64,000 nt of DNA from Candidatus Kapaibacterium sp. (lineage in GTDB: Bacteria > Bacteroidota > Ignavibacteria > Kapaibacteriales > UBA2268). The stretch lies in contig OY762428.1 of assembly GCA_963665665.1 (NCBI GenBank), positions 1,792,001 through 1,856,000 on the forward strand, written 5' to 3'. Under the pieces are notes generated by a model, which was given only the letters and a program-made list of their open reading frames with translations, searched no databases and was not told where the DNA came from. Shown here in pieces: positions 20,501 to 30,448 of this stretch (position 1 is its first letter; the number at the start of each line of letters is the position of its first letter). The translations under genes and the position numbers were made by a program.

Positions 20501-21289
20501 TTAACTATTTATTTTATATATTTTTGGGAATACATAACTTAAAACCAGAGAAGGGAGAATTCTGCCGAACTTTTCGAACGGAACTATCAATGATTCAAAT
20601 AATTTTAAAAATTTTCCAACTTTTAAAAATTTGTTCATTCCTTCTTTTCTTTCGCGGAAAAATGCATCCCTGTTTGTTTTATCTGAACTTATTCCATCAA
20701 GGTTATATACGCAGAAAGGAACAGGTATGTGCTTGTAGGAATATCCAGGATCAAATATTATCCTTAGCGATATAACATAATCTGAAGCATAAACAAGCGA
20801 AGTATCGTAGTATCCAAGTGATTCAAGGCATGATTTCTTCGTTAGCGTTGCCTGATGAGGGATACTGTCGGCAAGCATATAACTTTTCCTGATTTTAGCC
20901 GGAGATTTTTTAAGCAGCCTTTTCCCGTTTTTTAATAATACAACAAGATCAGCAAAAACAAAGTCCTCTTCTGAAACCTGATTAAATAATTTTTGCAAAA
21001 CGAACGAATTAAGAAGAAAATCCCCACTGTTAAGGAAAAACAAATAATCTCCGCAGGCAACTTTTGCACCCTTATTCATAGCATCATAAATTCCCTTATC
21101 TTTTTCTGATATAAATGTGTCAATCCTGTCGGAATATTTATTGATTATATCAACCGTACCGTCTGTTGATCCGCCGTCGATAACGATATATTCAAAATCG
21201 GTAAAAGTCTGGCCTACAACGCTTTTTATTGTTTTTTCAATTGTTTTGGCCTCGTTAAAGCAGACAGTTATGATGCTTAATTTCTTCAT
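20501..21289 (-). CDS. Glycosyltransferase family 2
   Basis: 'SIITVCFN', 'IDGGSTDGT', 'SEKDKGIYDAMNKG', 'FLNSGD'. Confidence 0.93.
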   Translation of the reverse strand: MKKLSIITVCFNEAKTIEKTIKSVVGQTFTDFEYIVIDGGSTDGTVDIINKYSDRIDTFISEKDKGIYDAMNKGAKVACGDYLFFLNSGDFLLNSFVLQKLFNQVSEEDFVFADLVVLLKNGKRLLKKSPAKIRKSYMLADSIPHQATLTKKSCLESLGYYDTSLVYASDYVISLRIIFDPGYSYKHIPVPFCVYNLDGISSDKTNRDAFFRERKEGMNKFLKVGKFLKLFESLIVPFEKFGRILPSLVLSYVFPKIYKINS

Positions 21290-21424
21290 TCATCTTTCGT
21301 ATAAACAAAAAGATAAAATTAAGCAATTAACCGGAGTTAGAAAAATGCGGGAGAATGAAAATATTAAAATGAACATTTATGTATGCTTTCCCGGACAAAG
21401 TCCGGGAAAGATATGAAAGTTAAG

Positions 21425-21644
21425 ATTACTTTACCACCCTGATGTTTATTGTCTTCTCGAAACTGCCTGAACTCATCCGGCAGATATACATTCCTGAGTT
21501 CAGCTTTTCAATCGGCAGGCGGACAGAATAATTACCCGGCTGTTGCAGGTTTGAAACAAGCGTAGATACAATGGTTCCGTCCAGGCTGAACAATTCTATC
21601 TTCACATCCGAGTATGACCCAATTGAATAATCAATAGTAGCTCC
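21425..21644. repeat. Copy 1 of a 220-nt near-identical duplication encoding the T9SS CTD
   Basis: Matches 24341-24560 at 213/220 positions by manual alignment. Confidence 0.95.
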
Positions 21645-24158
21645 GGCAGCGCCAACGGGATTTGGCCGCACTTCTTCAAGAGCGAATTCCATTCCGGGCA
21701 GAACTGCCGAGGGTTTCTTGGATTTTGCCACGAGATCGACTGTGTCCCGCCCGCTCTGATTATAATATACAATCAATCTGTTATTAAATATTCCTTCGTC
21801 AGCAGACGTATAAGATATTTTACAATCAGCGCTTTCGTCAGATGCAAGTATCTTTCCGTCCATGGGTTCAGGCAAAGTGAACAGACCGTCTTCATTATCC
21901 AGCCTTAGGCTGTCTATCGTTACCGGGAAATAGTCAAGGTTCGTAATAACCAGTGTATCTTCTTTGCTCTCGTTTATTTTATTTTCTCCCAAATCCATAG
22001 GATTACTGTTATACGATAATGGTGGTACTATATCCCTGACTACAGCGACAACAGAAGCGGTAATTTGCCGCGAATCTTCATACGTGATTATTACATTATT
22101 ATTGAAACTCCCGTGCATATCGCTTGTGAATGCAATTGTTTCCGCGTATTCTTCATCCGGTTGGAGCGTGAATTCAGTGCCGAAATCCTGCAAAGTAAAA
22201 TGCCCGTCGTTTGTTTCAAGCTCAATATTATTTATCGTAATTTCTTTTGCGCTGATATTTTTTAGCGTCAGTTCCTTCTCATTGTCGTATCGCGGATCAA
22301 CATTTCCAAAATTTACAGTATTCGATGACAACGATAGATACACCCCCTGGTAATAAATATCGATGAGGGTATCATTTCCGGCCCTGTCAACAAAACCAAT
22401 TAAAGCCCTGGCATTTTTTTCTTTATTAATTACCGTCAGATTCCATTCTGTTTCCGAGTCAACACCAGGTATAAATTCATCGTAGCTGAAAGTGCAATTA
22501 AACGTACTGTCCCTATATAAGATTAGCTTAGCCAAATTCGACCTTAATTCGGGATCCAGCGGATAATCCCTTACAATCGCATTGATTATATCGCCATACT
22601 CATCCTGAGTGTATTCCGGAACAGGCGGCAGTGTATCTTTAGGATCCAGGTCGTTGAATAACGCGCCGCCAGGGTAACCATAAGCTCTCACGCCATAAGT
22701 ATTTTCTTTGGCGCCAAAGATATAGGCGGCCAAAGGGCGGTCGGCTTTTACCCCACAAAATTGATCGACTCCCGGGTAAACTACCGTTACATACTGACCG
22801 TAATAATCTTCACCAACTTTTACAGGCGTCGGATTAGTATAGTCTAAATGCATACTTTCCCATATTATTTCGTCATTCTCAACCCGTCCCAATGAAATAT
22901 CGTCGGGAAGCATCATATAATTCGAATCGCATTTAAAAACAATTATCAACTGATTTTCCACGGGAATGTAGCTTCCTGCAATATCAGGGATATTGAATAA
23001 TATTTTTTTTCTGAACTGCTCTATCGGGATAACCGGAAAGGTAAACGGGCCGGAATTCAGAGAATGATCTTCCTCTTGTGTGCCCTGATTGTAGAAGTTT
23101 ACACCAATTGGCTTATCGCTGCTGATGTAAGTCGGCTGATAATCTGATATTATTTTGTCATCAGGCAGCCTGATCTCGGCATAACCCGCGCCACACTTGC
23201 CCCCGCTTTCCGACAGGTGGAGTTTCGGCTGGCCGTTGATATTTATTATTGTGTTATCTTCGCTTGCGTAAACACGGGCAATACCCGGATTCAACCGGCC
23301 GGGAATAACAGGAACAATATATTCTTTTCCGAATGAAAAGACAGGAAAAGTCATTTCAATTATATAATCGCACCATTTGTTTCCTACGGGAATATCCGCA
23401 CATTGATTTGCGGCAACTACCGAAACCGGTTTATTAGAAAGAATCCTGCTTCCGCTCAGGTCGCCTGCATATCCCTCGGACATAAAAACCCAAACGTCAC
23501 CTTTTTCGAGAGTATTACTGACAACTTTTCCGGGGGTAAGGCCACCGGCAGTTTCAGTTTCATCATTCCCAGCGAGTGTGAAGGAAACTTCAGTATCGTC
23601 CTCGGTTGCAGTTATGCAGCAAATACCGGGCAGGTTCATATTAAACTGTTCGCTGAAACCTGGATCCTCGTTATACCCGGAAACAATATATTCCGTTCCG
23701 AGTGATGATTTCGGTATTGCTAAAAAACCGTCGGCAACGGAAGAATAATTAACGCCAACAAATACCGATACGGGATTATCGGATATTACTTGTATTCCGG
23801 AATTTTTATATACCATTTCCGGCAGGGGAGCATCGGCATTTGATTTAATAACCGGATGCGCCTGTGCAGGTGTAAGTTTAATTGTTTTTGAATCAAACAC
23901 GCCTAAGCTTAATGTACTGTAGTAGCCTTTTCCATCAATTTTTATCTCAACATTTGATTCTTCGGTAGAAACCACCTGAATTAATATCTCATTGTCATTA
24001 GTTTCAAGCAAAGCCGGGGGAATCGAGAACCAGAATTCCGTACCGTAATTTGAATTCTGTATTAAATAGCCAGTATTTTCATCGGCTATGACTGTATTGG
24101 CGAGGCCAGATAAAAGCAATATGACAATCATAGCAAAAAGTAGATTTCCTATCTTCAT
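21426..24158 (-). CDS. IgGFc-binding-domain protein with two Ig-like domains and T9SS CTD
   Basis: Start set at ATG 24158 after a GGAGG RBS; 'NYGTEFWFSIPPA', 'DLSGSRILSNKPVSV..NQCA'; 'RPNP...LNSGMYICRM' CTD. Confidence 0.82.
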   Translation of the reverse strand: MKIGNLLFAMIVILLLSGLANTVIADENTGYLIQNSNYGTEFWFSIPPALLETNDNEILIQVVSTEESNVEIKIDGKGYYSTLSLGVFDSKTIKLTPAQAHPVIKSNADAPLPEMVYKNSGIQVISDNPVSVFVGVNYSSVADGFLAIPKSSLGTEYIVSGYNEDPGFSEQFNMNLPGICCITATEDDTEVSFTLAGNDETETAGGLTPGKVVSNTLEKGDVWVFMSEGYAGDLSGSRILSNKPVSVVAANQCADIPVGNKWCDYIIEMTFPVFSFGKEYIVPVIPGRLNPGIARVYASEDNTIININGQPKLHLSESGGKCGAGYAEIRLPDDKIISDYQPTYISSDKPIGVNFYNQGTQEEDHSLNSGPFTFPVIPIEQFRKKILFNIPDIAGSYIPVENQLIIVFKCDSNYMMLPDDISLGRVENDEIIWESMHLDYTNPTPVKVGEDYYGQYVTVVYPGVDQFCGVKADRPLAAYIFGAKENTYGVRAYGYPGGALFNDLDPKDTLPPVPEYTQDEYGDIINAIVRDYPLDPELRSNLAKLILYRDSTFNCTFSYDEFIPGVDSETEWNLTVINKEKNARALIGFVDRAGNDTLIDIYYQGVYLSLSSNTVNFGNVDPRYDNEKELTLKNISAKEITINNIELETNDGHFTLQDFGTEFTLQPDEEYAETIAFTSDMHGSFNNNVIITYEDSRQITASVVAVVRDIVPPLSYNSNPMDLGENKINESKEDTLVITNLDYFPVTIDSLRLDNEDGLFTLPEPMDGKILASDESADCKISYTSADEGIFNNRLIVYYNQSGRDTVDLVAKSKKPSAVLPGMEFALEEVRPNPVGAAGATIDYSIGSYSDVKIELFSLDGTIVSTLVSNLQQPGNYSVRLPIEKLNSGMYICRMSSGSFEKTINIRVVK

Positions 24159-24287
24159 GATAAGCCTCCGGATATAAATTGATAACATTCTTATATATAA
24201 ACAAATCAAAGGATTGAAAGTTGCATAAATATTTTTCCCGAACGTTTATTTGAAAAAATCACTAATTAATTATTCGTTGATTTGTAA

Positions 24288-24314
24288 AAAAAACCGGCGA
24301 GAACGCCGGTCTTT
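24288..24314 (-). terminator. Intrinsic terminator
   Basis: ACCGGCG-AGAA-CGCCGGT hairpin with an A run on +, i.e. a U tail on -, after the 24342 gene. Confidence 0.7.
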
Positions 24315-24340
24315 CCATAAACAGATTTCTAAAATGAAAA

Positions 24341-24560
24341 ATTACTTTACCACCCTGATATTTATTGTCTTCTCGAAACTGCCTGCACTCATCCGGCAGA
24401 TATACATTCCTGAGTTCAGCTTTTCAATCGGCAGGCGCACAGAATAATTACCCGGCTGTTGCGGGTTTGAGACAAGCGTGGATACAATGGTTCCGTCCAG
24501 GCTGAACAATTCTATCTTCACATCCGAGTATGACCCAATTGAATAATCAATATTAGCTCC
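24341..24560. repeat. Copy 2 of the 220-nt CTD duplication
   Basis: See 21425-21644. Confidence 0.95.
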
Positions 24561-26771
24561 TTCCGGGCCGGCAGGATTGGGATGAATTTCATTCAATGCG
24601 AACTGGCAGCTTTCTGTAACGGCGCTGGAATTTTTTACCAGAATGGATAAATCTGCGCTTTCCGATCTGTTCTCATCATAGCTGACTATAATCTCATCCT
24701 GATAGTAACCGGGTGAATCCGACTGGAATTTTACTGTCAGTTCTATTTCATTTTGACTTTCCAATATTTCATCGCTAATCGTATTTTCTATTTGAAAATT
24801 ATTATCGTCATATTTTAATGTGATTTCATTTATGGTAACATCCTGAAAACATACATTTCTTATCTTAATTTTTTTCTCATTTTCTTCGCCGGTTTTCGTT
24901 TCCTCGAATTCAATTTCTCCCGGATTGATTTTTACAAGACGTTTGAACACATTTATATCAACCAGGGTGTCGTTTCCGGTTTTATCAAAGAAATAGATCA
25001 ATCCCCTGGAATTTTCGGATGTGTCAGTTTGCTCCAGAGTCCATGATACGGCCCGATCCAACCCCGGCATAAAATCACCACAAGTGAAATTAAAATTATA
25101 GCTGCTGTCCGGGATCATCATAATTCCTGCCATGTTGGAACGTTGGCCTTCATCTTCCGGGAAATCTGTTATTGTTCCGGAAAATGTAGCAGTATTTTCA
25201 TCAAAGGAATATTCCGGAACGGGCGAGGCCGAATCTGCAATATTCAGAAATTTCGTCCCGGCAGCAGAAGGAAATCCATAAGAATCGCACCAGTCAAATC
25301 CGAATGAATAAGCCGCAAACGGGGCTTGGGATTTTATCTTATAAAACCCTGTTGCAGGTAAAAAAAGCGTTTTTAGCATATAATTCTTTCCGTCGGTGGA
25401 ATCAGCAAATTGCTTATTAAATTTGGTTCCAATAATCTGATTGTTCTGAATATTCTGCCAGTTGCCATATTCATCCATAATATCGATTAATTCAATATTT
25501 TCAGAAGCGTTACCAAGAGAATCTGATTCATATATTAAAGAAATATAATTCTGATCATATCCCGCCCTATGATCAATGCCTGGCTGAAAAATATTTAATT
25601 CCTTTTGCAAATTTTCAATCGGATATATATTCATTTGGAAAGGATCTGAATCAGGCAAGGGATAACTGTCCTCCATACACCCTGTATTATATAAAGATAC
25701 TCCGATCGGTTTGTCTGCCGTGATAATTGCCGGATGGTTCGGGTATTCCTCTGTTTTCTTGCAAACTCTTGTCTCTATATAGCCTTCGTTTATCAAGCCC
25801 CCGCCTGTTGTCAGAAAGCCAATATGGTTTCCGTCCAAGAACACATTCGTACTGTCTTCCGATGCATATATCCTTACGATACCCGGATTTTTCCTTATAG
25901 GAACAAAAGGAACCAGATATTTTTTTCCCCAGCAATCAACTGGCAGGTCCGCTTCTACAATATAACCGGCATATTTATTTCCAAAGGGAATCATTGCACA
26001 ATAATTCCCGCTTACAACAGCTACGGGCTTATCCGAGCTTACAACCGATCCGCTTAGGTCGCTTTCGTCGTTTTTGCTCATGAACATCCATACGTCGCCT
26101 TTGTTCAGCGTTGCTGTTTTTTCTTCTCCCGGAAGCATTCCGCCTCCGGTTTCAGTCTTTGAATTTCCACCGAGTGTGAATTTAACCTTGGTATTATCAT
26201 ATACAGATGTGATACAACTAACACTCGGGAAACGAAGGCTCCAATTTTCCCTCAGCATAGGGTCGGTGCCGTAGGAGGAAATAATATATTTCGTTCCAAG
26301 CGACGAAACCGGGAGAGCAAGAAATGCTCCCGAAGAAGCTTGGAATCTTACAAGAACATATACCATAACAGGCGCTGCAGATTTAATTGCAATGCCGTTC
26401 CCCTGGTAAAGGGCCTCCGGTAAAGATTCTTCATTTTGATCTTTTATTATCGGGAATCCCAATTCCGGTGTTAAATCAACATGAGATACAGTGTTTGATG
26501 TAAGTTCGATACTTTTTGAATAATCTTTGCCACTGATACTGATATCTACATTAGTATTGAATTGCGAAGCAATAAAAATTCTTAAAAAATATGTCTCGGA
26601 ATATTCCAGCATGGCAGGCGGAATGGAAAAATAAAATTCTGTGCCGGTGTTATTTGAATTAAGGAGATGCTTCAAATCCTCCTCTATTTTGCTGATATCC
26701 TGCTGTGCAAATGTAGCCGATGGAAGAATCAAAACAAAGAACAATACAAGTAGTTTGTAGCAGTAATTCAT
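24342..26771 (-). CDS. IgGFc-binding-domain protein with an Ig-like domain and T9SS CTD (tandem paralog)
   Basis: Signal peptide; 'NTGTEFYFSIPPA', 'DLSGSVVSSDKPVAVVSGNYCA'; CTD nearly identical to that of its neighbour. Confidence 0.82.
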   Translation of the reverse strand: MNYCYKLLVLFFVLILPSATFAQQDISKIEEDLKHLLNSNNTGTEFYFSIPPAMLEYSETYFLRIFIASQFNTNVDISISGKDYSKSIELTSNTVSHVDLTPELGFPIIKDQNEESLPEALYQGNGIAIKSAAPVMVYVLVRFQASSGAFLALPVSSLGTKYIISSYGTDPMLRENWSLRFPSVSCITSVYDNTKVKFTLGGNSKTETGGGMLPGEEKTATLNKGDVWMFMSKNDESDLSGSVVSSDKPVAVVSGNYCAMIPFGNKYAGYIVEADLPVDCWGKKYLVPFVPIRKNPGIVRIYASEDSTNVFLDGNHIGFLTTGGGLINEGYIETRVCKKTEEYPNHPAIITADKPIGVSLYNTGCMEDSYPLPDSDPFQMNIYPIENLQKELNIFQPGIDHRAGYDQNYISLIYESDSLGNASENIELIDIMDEYGNWQNIQNNQIIGTKFNKQFADSTDGKNYMLKTLFLPATGFYKIKSQAPFAAYSFGFDWCDSYGFPSAAGTKFLNIADSASPVPEYSFDENTATFSGTITDFPEDEGQRSNMAGIMMIPDSSYNFNFTCGDFMPGLDRAVSWTLEQTDTSENSRGLIYFFDKTGNDTLVDINVFKRLVKINPGEIEFEETKTGEENEKKIKIRNVCFQDVTINEITLKYDDNNFQIENTISDEILESQNEIELTVKFQSDSPGYYQDEIIVSYDENRSESADLSILVKNSSAVTESCQFALNEIHPNPAGPEGANIDYSIGSYSDVKIELFSLDGTIVSTLVSNPQQPGNYSVRLPIEKLNSGMYICRMSAGSFEKTINIRVVK

Positions 26772-27050
26772 AAAATTTTCCTCTTTTTTTTTTGTTTTTC
26801 CAGTATATATTTTTCAATTTACAATTTTTAAACATATTAATGAAATTTGTGCAGGGATATTTATAATATTACCATGATATTATCTGTTTTCAAATTCCAA
26901 CAAAAGAAAATGTTTTGTAACCGAAAAAGTTTTTCTAAGCCGTAAATTTTAAGTATATTGAAACTTGCGGCAAATTTGATTTGGATTAGTCTGCAACAGA
27001 AAATTGAATAATTGTAATTCAGGCATTAAGCCATAAAAGGAGTTTTTCGG

Positions 27051-27923
27051 ATGAACAAAATTGTTGAAGCAAGGTTTATCGGCCCCGATGTGAAGCTGTT
27101 TCGCATTGATGCCCCTAAAATTGCCCAAAAGAGAAAAGCAGGACAGTTCATTATCCTTCGCGTATCGAAGGATGGTGAGAGAATACCTTTAACTATAGCT
27201 GATTCTAATATTGAGGACGGCACTATTACTATTATCGTTCAGGGAGTTGGCAAAACCACACGCCACCTGAACGGCCTTGAAGCCGGGGACTTTATACAGG
27301 ACCTGGTTGGTCCGCTTGGCAAAGAGTCTCATATCGAGAATTTCGGTACTGCTGTAAGTATTGGCGGCGGAGTTGGTACTGCCATTGCTTTCCCTACTGC
27401 CAAAGCGCTGAAAGAAGCAGGCAACAAGGTTATCGGTATTATTGGAGGCCGCTCTAAGGAATTCGTTATCCTTGAAAAAGAAATGGGAGAAGTCTGCGAC
27501 GAAGTTTACCCGACTACTGACGATGGTTCCTACGGCTTCCACGGATTCGTTACACAGAAACTTCAGGAGCTTATCGACTCCGATACAAAAATTGACTTTG
27601 TTCTTGCAATCGGCCCTATCCCGATGATGAAAGCCGTTGCAGAAGTTACAAGGCCTTATGGCATAAAAACAGTTGTAAGCCTTAACCCGATTATGGTGGA
27701 CGGCACCGGTATGTGTGGCGGTTGCAGGGCTGTTGTTGATAATAAAACTGTTTTCGTATGCGTGGACGGCCCTGAATTCGACGCCCACCTTGTTGATTTT
27801 GACGTGCTGACAAACAGGAATAAAATGTATCTCGAGCAGGAACACGCATCACTCGAAAAGCACAAATGCAATATTGACAGGATGTACGATAAGGCTAAAA
27901 AAGAAACCGGGAAGGAGGCTTAA
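27051..27923 (+). CDS. nfnA: NADH-dependent reduced ferredoxin:NADP oxidoreductase small subunit (NfnA/SudB-type)
   Basis: 'GQFIILR..ERIPLTI', 'GGGVG', 'TDDGSYG', and the [2Fe-2S] motif 'DGTGMCGGCR...CVDGPEFD'. Confidence 0.88.
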   Translation: MNKIVEARFIGPDVKLFRIDAPKIAQKRKAGQFIILRVSKDGERIPLTIADSNIEDGTITIIVQGVGKTTRHLNGLEAGDFIQDLVGPLGKESHIENFGTAVSIGGGVGTAIAFPTAKALKEAGNKVIGIIGGRSKEFVILEKEMGEVCDEVYPTTDDGSYGFHGFVTQKLQELIDSDTKIDFVLAIGPIPMMKAVAEVTRPYGIKTVVSLNPIMVDGTGMCGGCRAVVDNKTVFVCVDGPEFDAHLVDFDVLTNRNKMYLEQEHASLEKHKCNIDRMYDKAKKETGKEA

Positions 27924-27926
27924 ACC

Positions 27927-29378
27927 ATGGCTGAAATGACAAATAAAGAAAGAATGAAAATCCCCCGCCACCACATGGCAGAGCAGGATCCGAATAAAAG
28001 AAATAAGAATTTCGAAGAAGTAAACCTTGGTTACGACGAAGCAACTGCTATGGCTGAAGCCGACAGGTGTATCCGCTGCAAGAAACCTCTTTGCATTGCA
28101 GGATGCCCCGTGGCAGTGAAGATTCCCGACTTTATAAAAATGGTTTCCGACGGTAAATTCAAGGAAGCTGCAGCAATCCTTAAAGAAGACAACGCACTAC
28201 CCGCAGTTTGCGGCCGCGTTTGTCCTCAGGAAGAACAGTGCGAGCAGGTTTGCGTGGTTGGTAAGAAACACGAACCGGTTGCTATAGGCTATCTGGAAAG
28301 ATTTGTTGCCGACTGGGAAAGAAAAAATGTCGGTATTCAGGTTCCTAAGATCGGCGAGAAAACAGGCAAGAAAGTCGCAATCGTTGGCGGCGGCCCGGCA
28401 GGACTTAGTTGCGCAGGCGACCTTATCCAGATGGGACACGACGTAACGGTATTCGAAGCCCTTCATTCTATCGGCGGCGTGCTGGTTTACGGTATCCCGG
28501 AATTCAGGCTGCCTAAGGAAATAGTTCAGGCCGAAGTTGACGCCCTGGAAAAAGCAGGAGTTAAATTCGAAACAAATTATGTTGTGGGAATGATCGAAAC
28601 AGTTGACGAACTTCTTGAAGAATACGATGCTGTATTCGTTGGTGTGGGAGCAGGGCTTCCCTACTTCCTGAATATTCCCGGCGAACACCTGAACGGCGTT
28701 TACTCTTCAAATGAGTTCCTTACCCGTGTAAACCTGATGAAAGCATACAGCTTCCCGAATACCGACACTCCCATGTTCAACCTTGTTGATAAGGAAGTAG
28801 TTGTGTTTGGAGGCGGTAACACTGCTATGGATGCCGTAAGGACATCGCTCAGGCTAGGCGCTAAGCGCGCGATTATTGCCTACCGCAGGACAGAAAAAGA
28901 AATGCCTGCAAGGATTGAAGAAATCAAACACGCCAAAGAAGAAGGCGTTGAATTCATGCTCCTGGTATCACCACTGGAATTCCTCGGCAATGAAGACCAC
29001 AGGCTTCGCGCTATAAAACTTCAGAAAATGGAACTTGGCGAACCGGACGCTTCAGGGCGCCGCCGTCCCGTTCCGATCGATGGCGCTATCGAAGAAATCC
29101 CCGTTCAGGCTGCTGTTGTTGCTATCGGCAACGGATCGAACCCGATCATCAGCCAGACAACACCCGACCTGAAAGTGAACAAATGGGGTAATATCCTTGT
29201 GGATGATAAAACTATGAAATCCAATAAGAAGGGCGTTTTTGCCGGAGGCGACATCGTTACGGGCGGCGCCACGGTTATCCTTGCTATGGGCGCAGGCCGC
29301 ACAGCCGCCGCAGCTATAGACGAATACCTGAAAAACCCCGACACATGGGAAGAAAAAGAAGAAGAAACTGCTGAATAA
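27927..29378 (+). CDS. nfnB: NfnB/SudA-type large subunit (GltD-like Fe-S flavoprotein)
   Basis: 'RCIRCKKPLCIAGCP', 'CGRVCPQEEQCE', 'GGGPAG', 'GGGNTAMD'; adjacent to nfnA, with no glutamate synthase large subunit. Confidence 0.88.
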   Translation: MAEMTNKERMKIPRHHMAEQDPNKRNKNFEEVNLGYDEATAMAEADRCIRCKKPLCIAGCPVAVKIPDFIKMVSDGKFKEAAAILKEDNALPAVCGRVCPQEEQCEQVCVVGKKHEPVAIGYLERFVADWERKNVGIQVPKIGEKTGKKVAIVGGGPAGLSCAGDLIQMGHDVTVFEALHSIGGVLVYGIPEFRLPKEIVQAEVDALEKAGVKFETNYVVGMIETVDELLEEYDAVFVGVGAGLPYFLNIPGEHLNGVYSSNEFLTRVNLMKAYSFPNTDTPMFNLVDKEVVVFGGGNTAMDAVRTSLRLGAKRAIIAYRRTEKEMPARIEEIKHAKEEGVEFMLLVSPLEFLGNEDHRLRAIKLQKMELGEPDASGRRRPVPIDGAIEEIPVQAAVVAIGNGSNPIISQTTPDLKVNKWGNILVDDKTMKSNKKGVFAGGDIVTGGATVILAMGAGRTAAAAIDEYLKNPDTWEEKEEETAE

Positions 29379-29399
29379 TATTTCAGCATAATATATTTG

Positions 29400-29428
29400 A
29401 AAAACCCGGCCAAGGCCGGGTTTTTTTT
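29400..29428 (+). terminator. Intrinsic terminator of nfnAB
   Basis: AAAACCCGGCC-AA-GGCCGGGTTTTTTTT. Confidence 0.85.
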
Positions 29429-29491
29429 GCTATAAATGGTTTTATTAGTATATTATAAAATGTTCAACAGTTCTTTGGTATTTATATTCTT

Positions 29492-29650
29492 AGCTCCGTA
29501 GGAGCGAAATTTTTGTAGTAATGTGATTTAAGAAATTAAATAAAACTCCGTTGAAGTGACACCAAACATTTTCTATGCCGCCCCTACGGGGCTTATACAT
29601 ATCATTGGGTAATAAACACTACAAAAATGCCGCAGCTACGCTGCTGTTGG
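29492..29650. repeat. 'Empty' four-hairpin REP/MITE-like element
   Basis: Hairpins at 29493, 29545 (degenerate), 29580 and 29632. The ends match those flanking the tnpA gene. Confidence 0.85.
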
Positions 29651-29730
29651 AATATTAGAAACCCTTTGAAATAAAATAAAATATGTTTAAATTTAGGGCA
29701 AGTAATCAGCTCTTTTTGAATTGTATTCCA

Positions 29731-30346
29731 AGCTCCGTAGGAGCGAAATTTTTGTAGAAAAAGGATATAAGAAATTAAACAAAACTCCGTAGGAGTGACA
29801 TATCATGGCTAATAAATACACACAACTTCTTGTTCAATTGGTTTTTGCTGTTAACGGGCGGGAATGTATGGTAAGAGAAAGAGTGCGTCCTGAAGTTGAA
29901 AAATATATTATGGGTATAATCAAAAACAATTCTCATAGTCCTTTATCAATCTTTTGTATGCCGGAACATATCCATATTTTACTTGGCCTTAATCCAAATC
30001 AGTCAGTAGCAGAAATTGTTAGGTTAATTAAAGCAAACAGTTCAAAATGGATAAATGATAAAAAGTTGATACCATTTAAATTCAGTTGGCAGGAAGGATA
30101 TGGCGCTTTCAGTTATTCCAGAAGTCATTTGGACAGAGTTGTTAATTATATTCTGAATCAGCCGAAACATCATAGAAAAAAGACATTTAGAGAGGAGTAT
30201 ATCGAGTTTTTACAAAAATATGATGTTGTTCATGAAACTAATTATCTATTTAACTGGCTGGATTGATTCTATGCCGCCCCTACGGGGCTTATAAATGTCA
30301 TTGGGTAATAAGTACTACAAAAATGCCGCAGCTACGCTGCTGTTGG
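29731..30346 (+). mobile_element. Y1-transposase element (IS200-like/RAYT-like) bounded by paired C-GTA-G hairpins
   Basis: Two + orientation hairpins (29732, 29784) lie before the ORF and two - orientation hairpins (30276, 30328) after it. No tnpB is present. Confidence 0.8.
29805..30266 (+). CDS. tnpA: HUH/Y1 tyrosine transposase (IS200/IS605 TnpA or REP-associated type)
   Basis: 'QLVFAV..RE', HUH motif 'PEHIHIL', 'KANSSKWIN', 'WQEGYGAFS', catalytic 'YILNQ..HH'. Confidence 0.93.
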   Translation: MANKYTQLLVQLVFAVNGRECMVRERVRPEVEKYIMGIIKNNSHSPLSIFCMPEHIHILLGLNPNQSVAEIVRLIKANSSKWINDKKLIPFKFSWQEGYGAFSYSRSHLDRVVNYILNQPKHHRKKTFREEYIEFLQKYDVVHETNYLFNWLD

Positions 30347-30448
30347 GATTTTAAATATAAATGAAGAAGAAAAAGAGGTTAAGAGAAAAACTTTTGATAT
30401 AGATACAGAATTTGTCCTATTTAAATTGAAAATATTTTGGATTTGTTC

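Noticed and set aside
21425-24560. Diversity-generating retroelement TR/VR pair
   Set aside because: The 7 differences are not adenine-specific on the coding strand, both copies lie in coding CTDs, and no reverse transcriptase is present.
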